A DNA stretch of 64,000 bases, from positions 18,082 to 82,081 of the forward strand of contig JBGSQK010000020.1 in NCBI GenBank assembly GCA_041738135.1, given 5' to 3'. Source of the stretch: Alphaproteobacteria bacterium (lineage in GTDB: Bacteria > Pseudomonadota > Alphaproteobacteria > JAGOMX01). Numbering within the stretch: position 1 is the stretch's first letter; the number at the start of each line of letters is the position of its first letter. The notes under the pieces are model-generated. The model did not search any database, was not told the DNA's origin, and saw only the letters and a program-made list of their open reading frames with translations. The position numbers and the translations under genes were made by a program. Shown here in pieces: positions 28,906 to 39,098 of this stretch.

Positions 28906-29070
28906 CCCCGTCATCCAGAGCGCGCCTCGGCAAAGCCGAGGAAGCGTGGGATCCAGAATATGAGCGTCGCGCAGCGACTCATTATAGCTATACGGAGCCG
29001 CTATCGCGGCACTCATTATCTGGATCCCACGCTTCCTCGGCTTTGCCGAGGCGCGCTCTGGATGACGGGG
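28906..29070. repeat. MITE-like palindromic element, family A (subtype 2), copy 2
   Basis: CCCCGTCATCCAGAGCGCGCCTCGGCAAAGCCGAGGAAGCGTGGGATCCAG...CTGGATCCCACGCTTCCTCGGCTTTGCCGAGGCGCGCTCTGGATGACGGGG, nearly identical to the copy at 40036. Confidence 0.85.
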
Positions 29071-29098
29071 TTATCAACTTCCAGAAACAACTAACTCC

Positions 29099-31507
29099 TC
29101 ACCCATGCGCCCGCATATTAGGCAGCTTAGGCTGCGGAATCTGTTGCAGATTCATCGGAATGATACAGGTAACTTTCGTTCCTGCTTTTTGCTTAGATGA
29201 CATCATAACTCTGCCGCCGTGCATTTCGATGAGGCTTTTCACCAAGGACAAGCCAAGACCGATACCATCATAGCGATCGATAGCTTCATCCGTTCTTTCG
29301 AATTTACGGAATATGCGTTTTTGATCTTTGCGCGATATGCCTGCACCTGTATCAGAAACCGTCAGATGTAAGTTCTGACCAATCCTGGCAGCTGAAAGGG
29401 CAATCTTGCCACCCGCTTGCGTAAACTTTATGGAGTTTTGAATCAGATTGATAAGTGCTTGCTTGAGCCTTCTTTCATCGGCAACAAAATCTCCAATATC
29501 CGGTGCGCATGTGACAGTTAGCGTAAGCTTTCTGTCTTGAATACGCTTTTCGGCGATGCTGGCCACGCTATTCAGCACAGACTTAGTATCCACTGGCTGC
29601 AAGTTCAAATTCATTTGTCCTGCTTCGATGGTAGCAAGGTCAATAATGTCGTTGACCAGTATCAACAATTGATTGGAGGAATCCAATATCCCCTTACAAT
29701 AGGTACTTTGCTGAGGATTTAAATTACCAAAATACTGGTCTGAAAGGATCTCGCCGAAGCCAATGATCGTATTGATAGGAGCTTTTAGATCGAACGAAAA
29801 GCTGTGTAAAAACTCAGACTTGATTCTATCTGCCACTTCCAGTGCTTGGTTTCGTTCTCGCAATGCGCGCTCGGCACGGTAGCTATCTGAAACATCTGTG
29901 TAACTGATTAAATGAGCCCCGTCCGGCAAAGGCACATAAGTGAAATCTAAAATGGTGTCATCCTTACGGGTCAAACGACCATTTTTGGGAATGCGATCTG
30001 TGATATTTTCAATAATCTTTTGTTTGTAGGTCTCCCAACTATCACCTGAGTCAAAAAATCCCCGGATTTGTTCTATGATATCCGATATATGCCTTCCCGG
30101 CTCAAGAAATTCCGATGAAAGCTTCCACAGCCGAGCAAAAGCAGGATTGACGAGTTTTAGACGATTATCGCTAGCAAACACCGCTACGCCTTCGAACAAA
30201 TGATCCAGCGTTTCCTTCTGGACTGCTAGCTGCGTATTGGCTTGGCGTTGAATAATTAGGCTGTCGGTTACATCTTCAAACACGAATAGCAACCCGCCAC
30301 CCGGATGAGGGGCAACCACAGTACGGATGGTCCGTTCATCAGGCAAATGGAGCAACTCTTGTATAGGATTCAGCAAAGATTTGAACATCTGATGCGTACG
30401 TTGCTTAAAAGCTGGAAAGTCCGCATGTTCAGTTAACAACCTGCGCTTATGTAAATTATCCAATATGTCCGTCATAAGAGGATGTGTATGCAACCAGGTT
30501 TCATCCATATCAAACATGCGAGCATAAGCATGATTGAAAAAGGCTAGTCTTTTTTCCGTGTCATAGATGACAACAGCAGATGCAATGTTTTCCAGAATTT
30601 CCTTATGACCTGACATATGTCGATGAACTTCTTTTTGCAACTTTTCAATCTGGGTATGGTCAACCGCATAACCAACGTAACCTTTAACCTCGGAAACAGG
30701 CAGTTCGTGATATTCCAACAGATGTCGAGCGCCATCTATGACTGTATGTTCGCTCAAGCTCTTACGTCCTGCCTGATCAGTCACTAATGTTCCAGACCAT
30801 AAGTTCTGATCACGCTTAAGAGCTAGCTGAGGTGAGGTTTCTAAGATTTCTGCATAATTCTGATTACAATAGGTGAGTTGACCGTCATCTCCCCGAAGCC
30901 ATACGGGCATGGGGAGGGAGTTTAATACCGTATTCAGAACCTTATTTGAAAGAGCTCGGGTTGACATTTCCGTAGGGGATAAAGTTTCTCTGAACCACAA
31001 CACATAGGAAGTATGGGGCGGATCGCTTACTTCTCTTGCCAAAAATATGCAGCTACTTTTATCCTTTTTCATGGTGAGTTTGATATCAAAAGACGCCCCC
31101 TTGTCTTTAAGGTGAACCATTTTTTCCCGCATGAGTTCTACGTCAGAAGCCAGAAAACAACCAGAAAATTCTTTAAAATGAATTTCATAACGCTCATGCA
31201 AGCCAAGATAATCAGCCAGTCTTGGATCCAGAATCATAAAATCCTGATCAGGAGTCCAAATAAGCCACTTTGCAGGGCAAAAATCCAGTAGGGTTTTATA
31301 AAAGTTATGTTGCGTGCTGCGACTTAAAAGTACTTTCTCATTTTCTAGCAACTGATTATTCTTCCGAATAATCATCATGACAAGGTATGAAATTATGGAG
31401 AGCGATAAAAGAGTCAGAAAAAAGAACAAAAAGCTCCAGTCGAACAAATTATCAAAGATGTTCGTTTTAAGCATAGAAAAGAATGTTTTTATCAGCCCGT
31501 TTTCCAC
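29099..31507 (-). CDS. Membrane-anchored multi-PAS sensor histidine kinase (no receiver domain)
   Basis: It has an N-terminal TM helix, several PAS-like segments, a HisKA H-box (HSFSFDLKAPINTIIGFGE) and HATPase_c N/G1/G2 boxes (NLIQNSIKFT, DTGAGIS, GIGLGLS). Confidence 0.8.
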   Translation of the reverse strand: MENGLIKTFFSMLKTNIFDNLFDWSFLFFFLTLLSLSIISYLVMMIIRKNNQLLENEKVLLSRSTQHNFYKTLLDFCPAKWLIWTPDQDFMILDPRLADYLGLHERYEIHFKEFSGCFLASDVELMREKMVHLKDKGASFDIKLTMKKDKSSCIFLAREVSDPPHTSYVLWFRETLSPTEMSTRALSNKVLNTVLNSLPMPVWLRGDDGQLTYCNQNYAEILETSPQLALKRDQNLWSGTLVTDQAGRKSLSEHTVIDGARHLLEYHELPVSEVKGYVGYAVDHTQIEKLQKEVHRHMSGHKEILENIASAVVIYDTEKRLAFFNHAYARMFDMDETWLHTHPLMTDILDNLHKRRLLTEHADFPAFKQRTHQMFKSLLNPIQELLHLPDERTIRTVVAPHPGGGLLFVFEDVTDSLIIQRQANTQLAVQKETLDHLFEGVAVFASDNRLKLVNPAFARLWKLSSEFLEPGRHISDIIEQIRGFFDSGDSWETYKQKIIENITDRIPKNGRLTRKDDTILDFTYVPLPDGAHLISYTDVSDSYRAERALRERNQALEVADRIKSEFLHSFSFDLKAPINTIIGFGEILSDQYFGNLNPQQSTYCKGILDSSNQLLILVNDIIDLATIEAGQMNLNLQPVDTKSVLNSVASIAEKRIQDRKLTLTVTCAPDIGDFVADERRLKQALINLIQNSIKFTQAGGKIALSAARIGQNLHLTVSDTGAGISRKDQKRIFRKFERTDEAIDRYDGIGLGLSLVKSLIEMHGGRVMMSSKQKAGTKVTCIIPMNLQQIPQPKLPNMRAHG

Positions 31508-31610
31508 AGTTTCTTTTTCTTGGCCTTCGCACAGTTTAAAACAGAAAGCACCCTTGCGAAGGAATAAAGTGCCCTTAAGTTATATCAGACTTTTTCTATA
31601 ACGGAAATTT

Positions 31611-32600
31611 TCAATTTTCAAGTATAATTGTTTTACCCTCTTCATAGGTAATTTCGATAGCATCTTGTTCGATGATCCTACTCATATATTTGAGTAATTT
31701 AGCCGCCTTGTCGGATTTTCTTGTTTTACCTATTTTAAGTTCGAAATTTGAAGGATATTCATAATCCGCAAAACCATCAGGTAAAGAAATGTCTGAAATT
31801 AGGATTGTTAAATGAGGATACTTAGTAGCAAATCTTGCAGCAAGACCAACTAGTAGCACATTGTTACAATCTGGCCCCGGAGTTAGATCAATTTTACAAT
31901 CTGATACGTTCCGCGATACCATGACACCTAAAAGATCGACAACTTGCTGTGCATTTAGATTGTGCCCTTTACAAAGTAGAATGTTGAGATTTTTAAAACT
32001 GTCGACATTTAAATTTAAGTAATTGATTAAACCAGGCAACACAATTGGGTTGCATCCAGAAAAATTCATACCCTTCACATCAAATTCCTTATTAATATAG
32101 GTAAGGGCCGTCTCACATGTTTCTTCTGAGTCAACAAGTTGTAAAATGTCTCCTGGCTTTAACATAGAGTTTTTTCCCAAGTAATCCAGGAACTTGTTCG
32201 TTTTCACGGCTTCATGGCTATCCGTATCCAGACTGATGTTTAAAGGCGCTCGCAAAAATTGTTTTGGCGGAGTCACTCCTGTATCTTGCGTACTTTCATC
32301 CCTGTCAGGTGCGGCACCAATATATACTTGATCAGGTGTCTGCGCAGGATCAGATAAGTCTGGCCACCAAGTTAGTTGAAATCCAGCCACCTCATCTGCA
32401 ACACTGCTAAACGCAGATGAAATTCTTTCTTGAAAATAGCTGAAGAAAGGCAGCGTAGCGCAATCTGGATTAAGTTCGCGAAGATCAATAACCGGCCCCA
32501 TATTTCTCGGCGGCGCCATGTAATGGTTGAATTCTTGGTCTGACGCCCATAAGGGCGAGCTGTTTAACATGAGCATGATTGTATATACGAGTCTTTTCAT
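31611..32600 (-). CDS. Hypothetical secreted protein (329 aa), Leu/Asn-rich
   Basis: It has a signal peptide (MKRLVYTIMLMLNSSPLWA). A segment looks leucine-rich-repeat-like (LNLNVDSFKNLNILLCKGHNLNAQ). Confidence 0.45.
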   Translation of the reverse strand: MKRLVYTIMLMLNSSPLWASDQEFNHYMAPPRNMGPVIDLRELNPDCATLPFFSYFQERISSAFSSVADEVAGFQLTWWPDLSDPAQTPDQVYIGAAPDRDESTQDTGVTPPKQFLRAPLNISLDTDSHEAVKTNKFLDYLGKNSMLKPGDILQLVDSEETCETALTYINKEFDVKGMNFSGCNPIVLPGLINYLNLNVDSFKNLNILLCKGHNLNAQQVVDLLGVMVSRNVSDCKIDLTPGPDCNNVLLVGLAARFATKYPHLTILISDISLPDGFADYEYPSNFELKIGKTRKSDKAAKLLKYMSRIIEQDAIEITYEEGKTIILEN

Positions 32601-32661
32601 CTTATATCTCCATATTTTGTATGTGTAGCTAACAAACTGAAATACTAAGACTTACAAAAGA

Positions 32662-33876
32662 TCAATCCACGCTTAAGCAAGCGGCAAGCTGTTCTACCGC
32701 CCAATCAATTTCTTCTTTTGTTATCACTAATGGTGGCGCCAATCTGATGGTTGTTTCGTGGGTTTCCTTCGTCAGAACTCCTTTTTCAAGCATTTTTTCC
32801 GCAACTTGGCGGCCGGTAACAATGCGTGAATCCAGTTCTATTCCTATCCACAAGCCTTTACCTCGAACTTCTTTAATTGCATGACTTCGGATTTTGTTTA
32901 TGCTCTCAATCATATAAGAACCTAACTCATGGCTCTTATCCACTAGATTTTCAGTTTCTATCACCTTTAAAGCCTGCAGCCCGATCGCTGCCGCAAGGGG
33001 ATTGCCACCAAAAGTTGAACCGTGAGTTCCTGGCTCAAATAGCTGCATTATGTCTTTGCGAGCAAGAAAAGCAGAAACAGCCATAATACCCCCACCCAGC
33101 GCTTTACCCAGTATGAGCCCATCAGGCTTGGCATCCTCATGCTGAAAAGCAAACATTTTCCCCGTCCGACCCAGTCCGCTTTGCACTTCATCCAAGATAA
33201 ATAAGACATTATTCTGTTGGCATACAGACTTAACCTGGCGTAGATACCCCTCAGGCGGAACTATAATACCAGCTTCACCTTGAATAGGCTCTATAATCAC
33301 AGCGCAAGTATTGGGCGTGATGGCATTGGCTATAGCATCTACGTTTCCAAATGGAACGCTGACAAAACCAGGAGCAAAAGGACCGAAATTATGTTTACTC
33401 TCCACATCGCTAGAAAAACCAACCACAGTGGTGCTGCGTCCATGAAAATTATTATCAGCTACGATGATTTCTGCTTTATAACGGTCAATGCCTTTGACCA
33501 AATAGCCCCATTGCCTTGATGCTTTGATAGCTGTTTCCACAGCCTCCACGCCTGTGTTCATAGGAGCAGCCATGTCCATGCCAGACACTTCGCATAATTT
33601 GAGCAGAAATGGCGCCAACCTATCATTATAGTAAGCCCTTGAAGGCACGCACAGACGTTGAGCTTGCTCAAACATGGCTTGCAACATCTTTGGATGCCCA
33701 TGCCCCAAGCTTACCGCAGAATAGGCGGACATCATGTCCAAATACCTTTTACCCAGAATGTCCCAAACCCAAGATCCTCTGCCATGTGATAATACAACTG
33801 GTAAAGGATGGTAGTAGCGAGCTGTAACTTTTAGTTCTTCCTCGATCAAATAGTTTCTTTCCACTGACATAACCAT
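32662..33876 (-). CDS. rocD: Ornithine aminotransferase (class-III PLP aminotransferase)
   Basis: YHPLPVVLSHGRGSWVWDILGKRYLDMMSAYSAVSLGHGHP, the PLP lysine region (DEVQSGLGRTGKMFAF) and GKALGGG are present. It lies adjacent to an arginase gene. Confidence 0.75.
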   Translation of the reverse strand: MVMSVERNYLIEEELKVTARYYHPLPVVLSHGRGSWVWDILGKRYLDMMSAYSAVSLGHGHPKMLQAMFEQAQRLCVPSRAYYNDRLAPFLLKLCEVSGMDMAAPMNTGVEAVETAIKASRQWGYLVKGIDRYKAEIIVADNNFHGRSTTVVGFSSDVESKHNFGPFAPGFVSVPFGNVDAIANAITPNTCAVIIEPIQGEAGIIVPPEGYLRQVKSVCQQNNVLFILDEVQSGLGRTGKMFAFQHEDAKPDGLILGKALGGGIMAVSAFLARKDIMQLFEPGTHGSTFGGNPLAAAIGLQALKVIETENLVDKSHELGSYMIESINKIRSHAIKEVRGKGLWIGIELDSRIVTGRQVAEKMLEKGVLTKETHETTIRLAPPLVITKEEIDWAVEQLAACLSVD

Positions 33877-34785
33877 TTACCCCTCCCTACTGAGTAATTC
33901 TCGTAAGATTTTGTGTATAAGATGAGCGGTTTTCATTTGTTGATCCAAATGAGGATTATACTCCGTTATCTCCAAAGCTTTGAATTTAGGGTTATCTCGC
34001 AACAAATGCAGACTTGGAAGCACATCCTCAGTCAAGAGACCGCCTTCTGCGGGACTGCCAACACCTGGCGCCACCGACGGGTCAAAGCCATCTAAATCCA
34101 GACTTAAGCCAAACCCTTTGGTGCCCGTGCTAACAATATGGATTGCTTCCTTAAGAACCGCTTCAAATCCCTTTTTCCTAACGTCTTGCGCATAAAAAAC
34201 TTTTACGCCTAGCTCTGTTAACAGATTTTTCTCACCTTCTTCAAAACTGCGAACACCTATTAGCACTACATGCTCTGGCTTTACTTTTGCATTGGGGTTT
34301 CCCAGCTGCGTCAATTCAGGAAGCCCATGCCCCAACAAACTTGCCACAGGCATGCCGTGATAAGCAAAGGAAGGGCTGGTGGTGGGGGTATGGGCATCCA
34401 TATGAGCATCAAACCAGATAAGCCCGAATTCACCAACCGCATCCATAGACGTGGTAACAGCGCTCCAAGTGCCAACCGCAATGGAATGATCGCCACCGAT
34501 GACACATGGGAAATTGCCTTGATGAACTGTTTTTGTAACCGCACTTAAAATATTCTGACACATGTCGCTCACATAAGGGATACAGTGAGCCGGATGAATA
34601 TCATTGTCATTGGCAAAACGCAGGAATGGGTAGAGAATTTCTTGCCAATCCACAGAAAAATTCTCTTGCTGCAACTTCTCAACAAGGCCAAAATGCTTCA
34701 TGGCATCGGGCCCATGTTCAGTGGTCCGCTTTTGAGCCCCCCATCCTGTGGCGGCGCCTATGAGAGAAGTGTGTTTTATTGACAT
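33877..34785 (-). CDS. rocF: Arginase (ureohydrolase family)
   Basis: The Mn-binding motifs are GGDHSIAVG, DAHMDAHTP and SLDLDGFDP. The start is taken at MSIKHTSLIG (ATG at 34785). The 50-codon N-terminal extension in the ORF track would overlap phrB and is judged artefactual. Confidence 0.75.
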   Translation of the reverse strand: MSIKHTSLIGAATGWGAQKRTTEHGPDAMKHFGLVEKLQQENFSVDWQEILYPFLRFANDNDIHPAHCIPYVSDMCQNILSAVTKTVHQGNFPCVIGGDHSIAVGTWSAVTTSMDAVGEFGLIWFDAHMDAHTPTTSPSFAYHGMPVASLLGHGLPELTQLGNPNAKVKPEHVVLIGVRSFEEGEKNLLTELGVKVFYAQDVRKKGFEAVLKEAIHIVSTGTKGFGLSLDLDGFDPSVAPGVGSPAEGGLLTEDVLPSLHLLRDNPKFKALEITEYNPHLDQQMKTAHLIHKILRELLSREG

Positions 34786-34840
34786 ACTATTAATTTTAAC
34801 TAAAAAAAGGCCACTTGGCAAATGATTGGGAAACAATTCA

Positions 34841-36265
34841 ATGATTAAAGCGACAATCGTTTGGTTTAACAAGGATCTTAGATTAAAAGATAACTTGGCA
34901 TTGATAGAGGCCATAGCGTCCGGCAACCAAATCATCCCTCTATTTATTTTAGATCACAGATTAAAGGCTATGGGAGGAGCTCAGAAATGGTGGCTTCATC
35001 ACAGCTTAGTTGAGTTAAGCGAGAGTCTTATCCAACGAGGATCCAGCCTAATTCTTCGAAATGGAACACCTGAAGCTATCATATCTGACATTGCACGAAC
35101 TATCCAAATTGATCAAATACATTGGAATCAATGTTACACACCGGACGTCATCTCTCGTGACCAGAAGTTTATTCAATTTTGCGATCAGCTTGGCATCCAA
35201 ACGAATGTTCACAAAGGCAATCTATTGTTTGATCCTTCTGATATTAGTACATTAAAAGGTGAGCATTATTCTGTTTACACACCCTTTTGGAATGCTATAC
35301 AAAAATTGCAAGTCGAACCAAATAAACCTTCACCCGCCACGTTACCGCCCTGTCCAGAAATGGTATCCGATAATTTGAGTGACTGGAAACTATTACCCCA
35401 AGCAAATGGTTGGTCTGAAAATTTTAAAGATTGGTGGCGCGCTGGAGAAACCGCAGCGCAGGAAAGGCTAGATTTGTTTTTAGATGAATCTATAGATACC
35501 TATCATAAAGGGAGAGATCTTCCAGGAATAGACGGAACCTCTTGTCTTTCTCCTTATCTGCATTTTGGTGAAATCAGTGTGCGAGATGTGTGGCACAAAG
35601 TCTCACTAAAACGAGAACTAACCGGTTTGTCCGATGGCTGCACAACCTTTCTGAAGGAACTGGTTTGGCGAGAATTTTGCGCCTACCTGCTGTTTCATAA
35701 TCCTAGAATATTAAATCAAAATTTCCGCAAAGAATTTGATAGCTTCCCTTGGGTCCAAGATTCGAATCATTTGCAAGCTTGGCAGAAAGGCAAAACCGGC
35801 TATCCCATTATTGATGCGGGCATGCGACAACTTTGGGCCACCGGCTGGATGCACAATCGAGTACGCATGATCGTGGCTTCCTTCTTGACCAAAAACTTAC
35901 TGATCCATTGGAGACAAGGGGAAGAATGGTTTTGGGATACACTATTGGATGCAGATCAAGCCAGCAATTCTGCCAATTGGCAATGGGTGGCCGGTAGTGG
36001 CGCAGACGCTGCGCCTTATTTTAGGATCTTTAACCCAATTCTTCAAAGCGAGAAATTTGATGCAAAAGGAGACTATATCCGACGGTGGGTGCCAGAACTG
36101 AGTCATCTTTCAGACAAACATATCCACGCGCCTTTTTCTCAAGATCCGATGGTTCTGAAGCAAGGGGGGGTGACTTTGGGTCAAACGTACCCTTTCCCCA
36201 TAGTGGATTTAAGTGTAACCCGAGCAAGGGCCCTTGCGGCATACAAAACGTTAAAGGACGTATAA
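34841..36265 (+). CDS. phrB: Deoxyribodipyrimidine photolyase (CPD photolyase/cryptochrome family)
   Basis: IVWFNKDLRLKDNLAL at the N-terminus and the FAD-binding region (WREF..., GWMHNRVRMIVASFL, NWQWVAGSGADAAPYFRIFNP) are present. Confidence 0.85.
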   Translation: MIKATIVWFNKDLRLKDNLALIEAIASGNQIIPLFILDHRLKAMGGAQKWWLHHSLVELSESLIQRGSSLILRNGTPEAIISDIARTIQIDQIHWNQCYTPDVISRDQKFIQFCDQLGIQTNVHKGNLLFDPSDISTLKGEHYSVYTPFWNAIQKLQVEPNKPSPATLPPCPEMVSDNLSDWKLLPQANGWSENFKDWWRAGETAAQERLDLFLDESIDTYHKGRDLPGIDGTSCLSPYLHFGEISVRDVWHKVSLKRELTGLSDGCTTFLKELVWREFCAYLLFHNPRILNQNFRKEFDSFPWVQDSNHLQAWQKGKTGYPIIDAGMRQLWATGWMHNRVRMIVASFLTKNLLIHWRQGEEWFWDTLLDADQASNSANWQWVAGSGADAAPYFRIFNPILQSEKFDAKGDYIRRWVPELSHLSDKHIHAPFSQDPMVLKQGGVTLGQTYPFPIVDLSVTRARALAAYKTLKDV

Positions 36266-36285
36266 ACGTAAGAAGCCCCGTCATC

Positions 36286-36443
36286 CAGAGCGCGCCTCCG
36301 CATAGCGGAGGAAGCGAAGGATCCAGCGTATGTGCGCGAGCGAATGCGAGCTCCGTATTAAAGTATGATCGAGTTCGCATACGCTCACACTTTTATGCTG
36401 GATCCCACGCAGCAACGCTACGCTTATGCTGCTCTGGATGACG
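36286..36443. repeat. MITE-like palindromic element, family A (subtype 1), copy 3
   Basis: CCCCGTCATCCAGAGCGCGCCTCCGCATAGCGGAGGAAGCGAAGGATCCAGC...GCTGGATCCCACGCAGCAACGCTACGCTTATGCTGCTCTGGATGACG, closest to the copy at 1228. Confidence 0.85.
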
Positions 36444-36465
36444 AGGCTTTACTGGGGTGATTACT

Positions 36466-37233
36466 TTAAACCAAAAATTGTTCTTGGATGATCCGTTCCT
36501 TAAGATCCTGTTCCTTATCGAACAACAGAAACAGCGATATGGAAGGATCTTCTTGAACCTCAACCCACTCCACATCACGAACTTCGGTAAAGTCTGCAAC
36601 TGCGCTGACGGGTCTTTTATCGGGGCAAAGGATTTCAAACTTAACTTTCGCGTTATAAGGCAGCAAGGCCCCTCTCCAACGTCGTGGCCTGAAGGAACTG
36701 ATAGGAGTCAGGGCTAACAAATTAGTACCTATGGGAATAATAGGACCATGGGCCGATAAGTTATAGGCCGTACTTCCAGCTGCCGTAGACACAAGAACGC
36801 CATCACAAACCAGCTCTTCCATTCGCATAACATCATCCACATAAATTTTAATTTTCGCTGCTTGTCGCGTCTCACGCAGCAAAGAAACTTCATTGATAGC
36901 GCTTGCCTGCACTTCTTTTCCATTGATTTGTTTTGCACGCATTATTAAGGGATGCAACTCAATCTTTTCACTATCCTTCAACCGCTCCATCAAACATTCG
37001 ACGCTAAAGGAATTCATCAAGAAACCAACGGTTCCACAATTCATGCCAAACACTGGAATCTGCTTATGGATATTACGGTGTAAAGTTTCCAACATAAATC
37101 CATCACCACCGAGCGCCACAATCAGATCAGCCTCTAATTCATCCACATGCACATAGGATTTCATTAACTCTTTTAAAGCTTTTTGTGCGACCTCAGAATG
37201 ATCAGCCACAAATGCTATTTTATCTAAGTTCAT
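36466..37233 (-). CDS. nadK: NAD+ kinase
   Basis: It has the GGDG motif ([18 protein letters not shown]), the NE/D motif (NEVSL) and a conserved C-terminal Gly-rich region ([16 protein letters not shown]). Confidence 0.85.
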   Translation of the reverse strand: MNLDKIAFVADHSEVAQKALKELMKSYVHVDELEADLIVALGGDGFMLETLHRNIHKQIPVFGMNCGTVGFLMNSFSVECLMERLKDSEKIELHPLIMRAKQINGKEVQASAINEVSLLRETRQAAKIKIYVDDVMRMEELVCDGVLVSTAAGSTAYNLSAHGPIIPIGTNLLALTPISSFRPRRWRGALLPYNAKVKFEILCPDKRPVSAVADFTEVRDVEWVEVQEDPSISLFLLFDKEQDLKERIIQEQFLV

Positions 37234-37234
37234 T

Positions 37235-38104
37235 CTATTTTTCCCTTAGCAAGCATGATTTTAGAGTGAAGGCGATACCTTCCATCATTTCGTAGTAGGG
37301 ACCATCTAGGGACACTGGATCATCTACACCCATGGGATCCAACACATCCACATGCAAATTGAGTTGCTCCGCAAGACTTTTCACGATTTTCTCACCATGG
37401 TCTGGCTCGCCAAATATACAACGTACGCTTCTTTCCTTGGCAACTTTTTCTATTAGCACCCTCTGGGAAGCGCGCACTGAATGCTCCGCGTCTTTAACTA
37501 CAGGTACACTCCTTTGCAAGCCGAATGCCTTCTCAAAATATTGAAATGCATCATGATACACAAAGTAAGGCTTGTCCTTACAAGAAGCCAAGTCTTGAAC
37601 CAACTTATTATCCAATTGATCTAATTTAATTTGAATCTGAGAGGCGTTGCTCTCGTAGACACCCGCATGAGAGGGGTCCATACCGCTAAGCATAGTGGCT
37701 ACATGTTTAACGATAACTTTAGCATTTTTCGGATCCAACCATATATGCGGGTCGATTTTACCGGTCTCTAACTCAAGCTTCTGGAGATCACTCAAATCTA
37801 GTAAAGTCAGCACCCGACCATTGGTAGCGAGCTTAGTGACCGGCTCTTGCAAGACCGTCTCCATTGCTGGTCCAACCCATATAAATAAATCAGCACCGCT
37901 GATAGCTTCAGCTTTTGAAGGTGTAAGCGAAAAATGATGACCTGATTCATGACCCGAAAGCAACAACGTGGGTTGCCCTACACCTTTCATAACGCCTGAT
38001 ACAAGAGCATGAATAGGATTGATACTTACTACAACCTTAGGTACGGCAGAATTGGCCGTACAAGACATAAAAACAAGTAGGGTGAAAAAAATTCGACTGG
38101 TCAT
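37235..38104 (-). CDS. znuA: Metal (Zn/Mn) ABC transporter substrate-binding protein, ZnuA/TroA family
   Basis: It has a signal peptide. Conserved metal-ligand histidines are present ([16 protein letters not shown]) together with [13 protein letters not shown]. Confidence 0.75.
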   Translation of the reverse strand: MTSRIFFTLLVFMSCTANSAVPKVVVSINPIHALVSGVMKGVGQPTLLLSGHESGHHFSLTPSKAEAISGADLFIWVGPAMETVLQEPVTKLATNGRVLTLLDLSDLQKLELETGKIDPHIWLDPKNAKVIVKHVATMLSGMDPSHAGVYESNASQIQIKLDQLDNKLVQDLASCKDKPYFVYHDAFQYFEKAFGLQRSVPVVKDAEHSVRASQRVLIEKVAKERSVRCIFGEPDHGEKIVKSLAEQLNLHVDVLDPMGVDDPVSLDGPYYEMMEGIAFTLKSCLLREK

Positions 38105-38181
38105 GAGATTTTATATCCTCGCCGCTAACGCATTTTTAAACTTCTCCATATATTCTATATAGGAAACCAAAGCTGGAGGCA

Positions 38182-38691
38182 ATGATGACTGAAGACTGCT
38201 TAACAAATAAAACGAAAATATCACAGATAAACCTTGGAATTAAAAAAGAAGAGGTTTCGCATGTGGTTCAAATGCTTTCAACTATTTTATCGAGCACCTA
38301 TGTACTATACATGAAAACCCAAGGATTCCATTGGAATGTGGTGGGACCAAACTTTTATAGTCTGCATAAGCTCAGTGAAGAACATTACGAGGAAATGGCC
38401 GAAGCCATTGACACCATCGCCGAACGCATTAGAGCCCTAGGTCATATTGCGCCTGCAAATTACAGTTGGTATGAAAAACTGTCCATCATTAAGACAACTA
38501 CGGAACTCAAAGACACCAAGTCCCAATTAATTGATCTCTTATCAGATCACGAAGCATTAGCTAGTCTTCTGAAAGAAGGTTTTGATCTGGCGGAACAAGC
38601 CAAAGATCATGCTACAGGTGATTTATTTGTAGAACGCATGCGCTCACATGAAAAAACCGCCTGGATGCTAAGATCAGTTCTTGGCGACTAA
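38182..38691 (+). CDS. dps: Dps (DNA protection during starvation) ferritin-like protein
   Basis: YVLYMKTQGFHWNVVGPNFYSLHKLSEEHYEEMAEAIDTIAERI carries the ferroxidase-site H/D/E pattern of Dps. Confidence 0.8.
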   Translation: MMTEDCLTNKTKISQINLGIKKEEVSHVVQMLSTILSSTYVLYMKTQGFHWNVVGPNFYSLHKLSEEHYEEMAEAIDTIAERIRALGHIAPANYSWYEKLSIIKTTTELKDTKSQLIDLLSDHEALASLLKEGFDLAEQAKDHATGDLFVERMRSHEKTAWMLRSVLGD

Positions 38692-38796
38692 GGTTTCTTA
38701 ATATTAATAAGACAACAATACAGTTCACGCGCCACCGTCATTGCGGGTAACTCAACCCCCCAAAAGGGGTAAATTTAAATCAATGACAAACCTACT

Positions 38797-38916
38797 CCCG
38801 TCATTGCGAGCCCCTCTTGGGGCGCGGCAATCTACTGTGACGTAACCGTTTAACATCAGTCTGCGGTAGAGAAGAAAGTAGATTGCCACGCCCCAAGAGG
38901 GGCTCGCAATGACGGG
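38797..38916. repeat. MITE-like palindromic element, family B, copy 4
   Basis: CCCGTCATTGCGAGCCCCTCTTGGGGCGCGGCAATCTACTG...AGTAGATTGCCACGCCCCAAGAGGGGCTCGCAATGACGGG. Confidence 0.85.
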
Positions 38917-39098
38917 AATGGGGACATTTGTTAGCCCTACAAAAATCTTCGTCACTAGAAGTAAATCAATACCCGCGAAATGTGGGAATAGGTGCAAACT
39001 GTTTCTTTGCCTAGTAATAGCTATAAAGTACTGGACATTTTCTCTATAAGTTATTAAAATAGTAATTAAGATACATTATTTATGTAGAGAAAGATAAA

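Noticed and set aside
34786-34935. Upstream 50 codons of the arginase ORF (MIWLPDAM…)
   Set aside because: They would overlap the divergent phrB coding start and have no counterpart in arginase alignments. The internal ATG at 34785 with MSIKHTSLIG fits the family N-terminus.
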